From the NCBI RefSeq assembly GCF_006345805.1, contig NW_021825650.1:1-14917 (forward strand): a stretch of 14,917 nucleotides of DNA, read 5' to 3'. The DNA comes from Octopus sinensis (Eukaryota). The notes under the pieces were generated by a model. That model did not search any database. It saw only the letters and a list, made by a program, of their open reading frames with translations, and was not told the origin of the DNA. The stretch's first letter is position 1. Every line of letters starts with the position of its first letter. Position numbers and translations under genes: made by a program. Shown here one piece after another: positions 8,953 through 14,917 of the stretch.

Positions 8953-9473
8953 TGTAGAATAAATGTGAATAAATTTCATAAACGCACAGCAAATAAACTC
9001 TACCATCACAAAGCAGGAAGTTTAAAATCCCACATACTAAACATATTTCCCAAAGAACAATTTCTATTGAGAGAAACATATAAAAATATAACCCTTAGTC
9101 AGATACATTTTTGAACATTAAAGTACAAGAGGAACGATTTTCTATACTAACAAAACCATGATATGCTTGACTGATAACTCCAACCTTACAAATGAAAACA
9201 GGAATTACCCTAGCAACAGGTAAAGGTAGAGCCAGCCTGAATTTACCACCTACGTTGATGAGAAACGAAACTGACAAATATTAAGGGCTCAAATACTTGA
9301 CTTTCTTAATTTTGACCTTTATATTATCAAAGCTAAAGAATTAAATCCAATAATGCGAAAAGCAATGAAAATACTGTCACACCTTGTGTCTGTCTAATTA
9401 GCAAAAGAGAAGCACTTGCAGGTTTGTTTACAAAGTTGTACTGGTAGGAATAAATGCTAAACAATAACATAAC

Positions 9474-10073
9474 TCAAAATTTTAGTGAGGAATTTCTTCC
9501 AAAATGCATCAGCTCAAATTTTCCCTCGTTCAGTTGCATTTTGTTTCTGTCTGCCCATTGACTCACAGCATATAGATCAGACTGGAGTTGAGTTCTGTCT
9601 GCTTCTTCATTGACGATTTGCTGGAGCTTAGTGTCATCAGCAAATATTTTCACTTTGCAGTAATGTACGACACTGGAAAGGTCGTTTATGTAAATTATGA
9701 AGAGTAGCGGACCCAAGACAGTCCCCTGGGGTACACCGCTGGTGACTTTTGCTGGGCTTGAGTGGACTACAACATGTTGTGTTCTATTCGCCGGGAAATA
9801 CTTAATCCAGTGTAGAACTTTTCCACGGATTCCAACATTTGCCAATTTTGAGAGTAGGATATTATGGTCTACCCTGTCGAACACTTTACTGAAGTCAAGA
9901 TATGTGACATCAGAGTTCGAATCTGTTCCCAAGGCTTTGAGTACATCTTCAATGTGGTGTAAGAGCTGTGTTAGACAGTCCCTGCCACAGCGAAAGCCAT
10001 GTTGATTTGCATTTAGGAGTTTGTGGGTTTCCAGGAAGTCAGCTATCCTTGATCTTAACACTCTTTCAAACAC
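9474..10073 (-). CDS. Open reading segment encoding a LINE reverse transcriptase core (TE remnant; the frame stays open upstream to at least 10175)
   Basis: 199-aa ORF in the track with an intact FADD catalytic motif. Its start codon is GTG, not a true ATG, so it is unlikely to be an independently translated gene. Confidence 0.6.
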   Translation of the reverse strand: MFERVLRSRIADFLETHKLLNANQHGFRCGRDCLTQLLHHIEDVLKALGTDSNSDVTYLDFSKVFDRVDHNILLSKLANVGIRGKVLHWIKYFPANRTQHVVVHSSPAKVTSGVPQGTVLGPLLFIIYINDLSSVVHYCKVKIFADDTKLQQIVNEEADRTQLQSDLYAVSQWADRNKMQLNEGKFELMHFGRNSSLKF

Positions 10074-10175
10074 TTTAATGATGTGGGAGGTGAGTGAGAT
10101 TGGGCGATAGTTGACTGCGAGGGATCTGTTTCCCTGTTTGAAAACCGGGATGACCGACTGGGATAGAAACTGAGG
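9474..10175 (-). mobile_element. Internal fragment of a CR1/L2-group LINE ORF2 (reverse transcriptase domain)
   Basis: VIPVFKQGNRSLAVNYRPISLTSHIIKVFER, QHGFR, YLDFSKVFDRVDH, SGVPQGTVLGPLLFIIYINDL, IFADDTKL, NKMQLNEGKFELMHFG are classic RT motifs. No endonuclease domain and no 3' tail are visible. Confidence 0.96.
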
Positions 10176-10307
10176 AGTTTGCGATATGAAGAATATTTAT
10201 TAAAAATATTTTTTGGGGACCCCCCCAACCAAATAAAATGTTTGAATTGTTCTACTTGAACTTATTTTCTCTCTCTCACACACACACACATACACATATA
10301 CATAGTT

Positions 10308-10442
10308 AGTGGATTTGGCTGACGGAAACAGAAAGAAAACCGTGGTATGCATGTGTGTGTGTGTGTGCTTGGGGTCGATTCATTTGACTAAAAACTTCTC
10401 CAAGACGGTGCCCAGGATTGTAAACGATAAAAGATAAAAGAG
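10308..10442 (+). mobile_element. Degenerate, internally deleted SINE family B fragment
   Basis: agtggatttggctgacggaaacagaaagaaaaccgtgg + (TG)n + ggggtcgattcatttgactaaaa...gacggtgccc...gataaaagataaaaga matches the mid-body and tail of family B. Confidence 0.75.
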
Positions 10443-10946
10443 AAAATGTTCGGGCCACGTTTCACGATTTTTATGTCTCCACTTTTCACAAACAGCCTGA
10501 TGTATTAAAGAATAGTCAACAGAGTTGGAGAGTATAAAGATTAATTGTATATTACATAAACAAGCACTCACATATATATGTGATAAAACCGAAATAGCGA
10601 TGCCTGTAAATTTTTAAATTCAAAGTATCCTTACGTATTTCTTTTTTTGTTTGTTTTTGCAATAAAGTTCTCAGAAACTTGTAATTTGCCCCTGGTACTG
10701 AAAAGGTTGTCTACCCCCAGACATATCGGCACCCTGATCGCCTCGACTGAGTAAACTTTATTAGTATTCTGACAACGTATCTAAATTATGTTTCAGCCGT
10801 TTCTAAAGGATAAATTGCAAAACAAAACAAAATAAGTTGCTTTCGTTTAAAGGTTAAATAGTCTCGTCTTGTAGCAGCCGTGGAAAGTCGAGACATATTT
10901 CTTTTGACGCAGGAAGAATATAAAAGCTAGTGCCGGGCATGGACTG

Positions 10947-10948
<2 letters not shown>

Positions 10949-11008
<60 letters not shown>

Positions 11009-11068
11009 TACATACATACATACATACATACATACATACATACATACATACATACATACATACATACG
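10949..11068. repeat. (CA)n followed by (CATA)n
   Basis: Directly visible. Confidence 0.98.
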
Positions 11069-11199
11069 CACACAACGTGTATGTGTCTGTATACAGTCTC
11101 AACCGCTTTACTCTTCTCCATAACAAAACTAGAAGACAAAAATGTTACTGAAATTAATATATATGAGAGGTATTAGAAAATGCGAGTTTTTATCTGTAT

Positions 11200-11379
11200 G
11201 TAGTGTATATAATATATATATTATATATCAATGTGTGTGTGTGTGTGTGTGACTATGTATTGTATTTATATAACATATATATGAGTTATAATATATATAT
11301 GTATAAATATATGTATGCATATATATATATATATATATACATACATACATATATATATATGCATTAGATATATATATTA

Positions 11380-11426
<47 letters not shown>

Positions 11427-11574
11427 ATCATTACACACATACACACACATTCACAGACAGTGTAAACTATGTTCCATATACAAATACATACACAATCGTT
11501 AACAGGGATCAATAAATAAATACATTCATATATACATAGATACATATATATACATATATACGTGTGTGTGTGTG

Positions 11575-11646
<72 letters not shown>

Positions 11647-11840
11647 CATATATATATACACACACACATGTATCTATATATCTGTATCTCTCTCTTTATA
11701 TGTATATATATCATATTATACGTACACACACAGTATATATTTATAACATCCATGTATACGACTATGTATGTGTGTATATATTAACAGGAGCGAGAAAGAG
11801 GGAGAGAGATAAAAAGAAGAGATAAAGAGAGAGAGAGAGA

Positions 11841-11880
<40 letters not shown>
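11200..11880. repeat. Compound microsatellite field: (TG)n, (TA)n, (TATC)n at about 11575-11645, (GA)n at about 11826-11880
   Basis: Directly visible. Confidence 0.93.
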
Positions 11881-11884
<4 letters not shown>

Positions 11885-12133
11885 TGGAGGTAGATCCAGC
11901 GTTTGTCTAAGCAGCCTGAATGTCTAATATATTTTGTTTAGGGAAGGATTATGAGTTAACGATTTTGTTTTTGAGCCTCGTTCGAAGAGATACGAACAAT
12001 GACAATGCATAGAACCGCATCCAACCATAGGAACGGTTCTACCATTATTATTACTAATCAACGGCGAACTTTCTTCCTACAGAATCCAGCCATCCTGGCG
12101 GTAATGGCGGCGGTGGTGATTATTGTAATAATG

Positions 12134-12518
12134 CGTGGAAGCACTCTGTCGGTTACGACGACGAGAGTTCCGGTTGATCCGAATCAACGGAACAGCCTGC
12201 TCGTGAAATTAACGTGCAAGTGGCTGAGCACTCCACAGACACGTGTACCCTTAACGTAGTTCTCGGGGATATTCAGCATGACACAGAGAGTGACAAGGCC
12301 GGCCCTTTGAAATACAGGTACAACAGAAACAGGAAGTAAGAGCGAGAGAAAGTTGTGGTGAAAGAGTACAGCAGGGATCACCACCATCTCCTGAGGAGCC
12401 ACGTGGAGCTTTTAGGTGTTTTCGCTCAATAAACACTCACAACGCCCGGTCTGGGAATCGAAACGGCGATCCTATGATCGCGAGTCCGCTGCCCTAACCA
12501 CTGGGCCATTGCGCCTCC
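12134..12518 (-). mobile_element. Full-length SINE family A with tRNA(Arg)-like head (octopus OR-type)
   Basis: The minus strand starts GGAGGCGCAATGGCCCAGTGGTTAGGGCAGCGGACTCGCGATCATAGGATCGCCGTTTCGATTCCC (A and B boxes; GACT.CG..TC..GAT spacing like tRNA-Arg). Probable 12-bp TSD: attgtaataatg (12122-12133) and acggtaataatg (12519-12530). Confidence 0.92.
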
Positions 12519-12650
12519 ACGGTAATAATGAAGGTGGTGGCGACAACGGTTATGAGGACGGTGGTGGGGACACTCGACACCTCACACTTTCTGTATTTTG
12601 CTTTCTGTATTTTGCTTACGTCTTGGACATTAATGAACGTATTTCGATTA

Positions 12651-12700
12651 TTGGTTTCAGCCTTTGGACTACGGCCATGCTACAGCATATCTTTTAGTGA
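12651..12700 (-). mobile_element. Short, highly decayed SINE family B tail fragment
   Basis: ttggtttcagcctttggactacggccatgctacagca..cttttagt resembles ttgtttcagtcatttgactgcggccatgctggagca..ctttagt. Confidence 0.6.
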
Positions 12701-12766
12701 CGTATGGTGGTTGTCTTTTGCGGAGGATGGTCTATAGATCCGGATCTAGTAGTTTGTTTGATCTCC

Positions 12767-12896
12767 TACTCTTTTACTCCTTTGCTTGTTTCAGTCATAT
12801 GACTGTGGCCATGCTGGAGCACAGCCTTTAGTCGAGCAAATCGACCCCAGGACTTATTCTTTGTAAGCCTCGTACTTATTCTATCGGTACTTTTGC
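12767..12896 (-). mobile_element. 5'-truncated SINE family B (tail only)
   Basis: Near-identical to 3029-3150 and 7411-7530. Confidence 0.92.
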
Positions 12897-12897
12897 A

Positions 12898-13629
12898 GGA
12901 AATGCTGTAAAATGTGACAACAGATGCAGACTTTATGGAGTTCACATTGATGATATCACCCACATCATAAGCAGTTGTCCGAAACTATCATCATGTTATT
13001 ATCTACTGTTGAGACATGTCGTTGTAGCTAGGACACTCTATAATGTAATCCGTTGAAAGGATAATCCCGAGGACAAAGAAATAAGAACACACAATATGAT
13101 AGAAGCCATAGCCACTCATAATAAAAAGGAGTACTGGTAGAATGTCCCAGTGAAGATCTCAATAATCTCAATAAAATGTAAGCACAACTGACCTGATATA
13201 ATGATTTGGGATAGAGAAGAGAAACTATGCACAGTTGTGGAAATGAGCTGCTCAGCGGATGTTAACACAAAGCTGAAGATCAGTGAAAAAGAGAACTACC
13301 TATGCTGAACTATCGAGAAATCTGCAGTTATTCTATCCAGCTTACAACTTCAGTTTTATACCTGTAATTATTGGGGACCTGGGAAAAGACTTACTGCCTA
13401 AATACCAGTCTTGAGAAATTAGGCTTCTCAAAACTAGAAAGTAGAAAGCTAATTCGAAGACTAGTCCATTACTGGAACTGTAAAAATCTTTAAAACTTTC
13501 CAGAAGTTTATCAGTTAAATATATATGAGCATGATTAGATATGCAACTATATACATGAGAATACATACATAAAACATACAAATCTGCACATATACATACC
13601 TACATACATATGCACACACATTTGCTTGC

Positions 13630-13660
<31 letters not shown>

Positions 13661-13869
13661 CATACATACATACATACATACATACATACATACCAATACT
13701 ATGTACTGAGTAAGGTCTGTTAAGAACCCCAGGTATCATAAGGCCGATTCTAACCCGGGTCCTAGGGCGCATAATGTTGATGCTGAAATTCCAATGAAGG
13801 AGCCTTGAATCTAGGTCAGAAACCGGCTCTTTCTCTCTTGGCAAGAAAACTTGAAATAAACTGAATAAT
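12898..13869 (+). mobile_element. Decayed 3' end of an RLE-type non-LTR retrotransposon (R2/R4/NeSL superfamily, possibly R4/Dong-like): zinc knuckle, restriction-like endonuclease and 3' UTR
   Basis: Frame +1 from 12898 gives RCRLYGVHIDDITHIISSCPKL (CCHC with one C changed to Y), LRHVVVA, then EYW*NVPV...KHN*PDIMIWDREEKLCTVVEMSC...EKE (PD..E..K). After frameshifts: YAELSRNLQLFYP..FIPVIIGDLG and SITGTVKIFKTFQKFIS* (TAA 13516-13518). Premature stops at 13054, 13138 and 13189. The putative UTR ends AATAAACTGAATAATGA before (CATA)n. Confidence 0.85.
13632..13692. repeat. (CATA)n inside the putative LINE 3' UTR
   Basis: Directly visible. Confidence 0.97.
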
Positions 13870-14160
13870 GACATACATACATACATACATACATACATAC
13901 ATACATACATACATCCATACATACATACATACAATAAATACATACATACTACATACATACATACACACATACAAACATACATACATACATACATACATAC
14001 AATACATACATACATACAATACATACATACATACATACATACATACATACATACATACATACAATACATACATACATACCAATACTATGTACTGAGTAAG
14101 GTCTGTTAAGAACCCCAGGTATCATAAGGCCGATTCTAACCCGGGTCCTAGGGAGCATAA
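13693..14160 (+). repeat. 82-bp direct repeat (13693-13774 and 14079-14160), each copy preceded by (CATA)n
   Basis: ccaatactatgtactgag...ccgggtcctaggg(c/a)gcataa; one mismatch between the copies. Confidence 0.97.
13870..14078. repeat. Long interrupted (CATA)n
   Basis: Directly visible. Confidence 0.97.
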
Positions 14161-14374
14161 GTGACCGAGGTGAAAACACCGCCACGTGGCCGGAACGCCA
14201 GACCGTCACAGGGTTACTTTCCCTTCTTTTTACTGCATTTCTACAGCTGAGTTTACTGCAGCAGCATGAAAGGAAGTGTTTTGCACAATATCACACCACA
14301 TCACACTAGGTCAGGAATCGAAACCCCAGTTCAGAGATCGTGTGTGTGACGCCCTACATAGTGCGTTGTGCATC
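14161..14374 (-). mobile_element. Old degenerate tRNA-SINE (family D) with CORE-like and V-domain-like segments, 3'-truncated
   Basis: The minus strand has a decayed A box, then GGGGTTTCGATTCCTG (B box), TTGTGCAAAACACTT...CAGTAAACTCAGCTGTAGAAATG, then AACCCTGTGACGGTCTGGCGTTCCGGCCA, which resembles the V-SINE motif CCCTGCGATGGACTGGCGxCCxGTCCAG. Domain names are from recall. Confidence 0.7.
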
Positions 14375-14516
14375 TTCACGATATAAGGAATGGCTGCTCG
14401 GCGATATTTACCATATTTGGATTTGATTTGAGGAATGAACGCTTTATTAAATGGCAACATTTGTGTCAACATACTGTAGTGAGTTAATTACGCTTTAATT
14501 AATTTGGATTACACCC

Positions 14517-14520
<4 letters not shown>

Positions 14521-14550
<30 letters not shown>
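14521..14550. repeat. (GA)n microsatellite
   Basis: Directly visible. Confidence 0.97.
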
Positions 14551-14553
<3 letters not shown>

Positions 14554-14579
14554 AGGAGAAAAAAGGCATTGGAGAGAAA

Positions 14580-14878
14580 GTGGTAGCGGTGGTGTTGGTG
14601 GTGGTGGTGGTGGTGGCAGTGGTGGTGGTGGCGGTGGTGGTGGTGGTGGTGGTGGTGGGGGGGTGGTTTTTGTGGTGGTGGTGGTGGCGGTGGCGGTGGC
14701 GGTGGTGGCGGTGGGGTTGTGGTGGGGTGATAGTGGTGGTGGCGGCGGTGGTAGTGGTGGCGGTGGTGGTGGTGGCGGCGGTGGTAGTGGTGGCGGTGGT
14801 GGTGGATATGGTGGTTGCAGCGGCGGTGGCGATATTGGTGATGGTGGTGGTGATGATGATGGTGATGATGGTAGTGTT
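14580..14878. repeat. Degenerate (GGT/GGC/GAT)n trinucleotide repeat
   Basis: Directly visible. The poly-Pro and poly-Val ORFs are by-products. Confidence 0.95.
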
Positions 14879-14917
14879 GTAAACATTGCGAGTGAAAAAT
14901 CGCTGATTCAGCAGTTA

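Noticed and set aside
9256-9271. TGATGA...GAAAC hammerhead look-alike
   Set aside because: The initial C is missing and there is no room for stem II between the boxes.
12587-12614. 14-bp tandem duplication ctttctgtattttg x2
   Set aside because: Real but trivial slippage product, with no further structure.
13693-14160. CRISPR-like repeat-spacer arrangement
   Set aside because: Only two 82-bp copies, the spacer is largely microsatellite, the context is eukaryotic, and there are no cas genes.
14509-14886. Proline-rich (minus) and valine-rich (plus) ORFs resembling extensin or formin
   Set aside because: By-product of (GGT)n and (GA)n repeats; no unique coding flank.

Overview
AT-rich, microsatellite-saturated eukaryotic DNA, probably intronic or intergenic, and most consistent with an Octopus (coleoid cephalopod) genome. 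That assignment comes from my recognition of its tRNA-derived SINE families, not from a database search. I can identify no host protein-coding gene, and almost all ORF-track entries are microsatellite artefacts. The window is a mosaic of mobile elements. It holds about four tRNA-derived SINE families (ten copies or fragments), a rearranged mariner remnant (1853-2242) and a complete non-autonomous Helitron (8560-8952). It also holds an internal CR1/L2-group reverse transcriptase fragment with an open frame (9474-10175, minus), and the decayed 3' end of a restriction-like-endonuclease (RLE) non-LTR retrotransposon (12898-13869) embedded in (CATA)n with an 82-bp duplication of its 3' UTR. A minimal hammerhead-ribozyme core of the Penelope-like type lies at 2340-2392 (minus), with a possible second decayed one near 6440. 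The most interesting items are the hammerhead, the RLE element's association with (CATA)n, and the internally inverted mariner.
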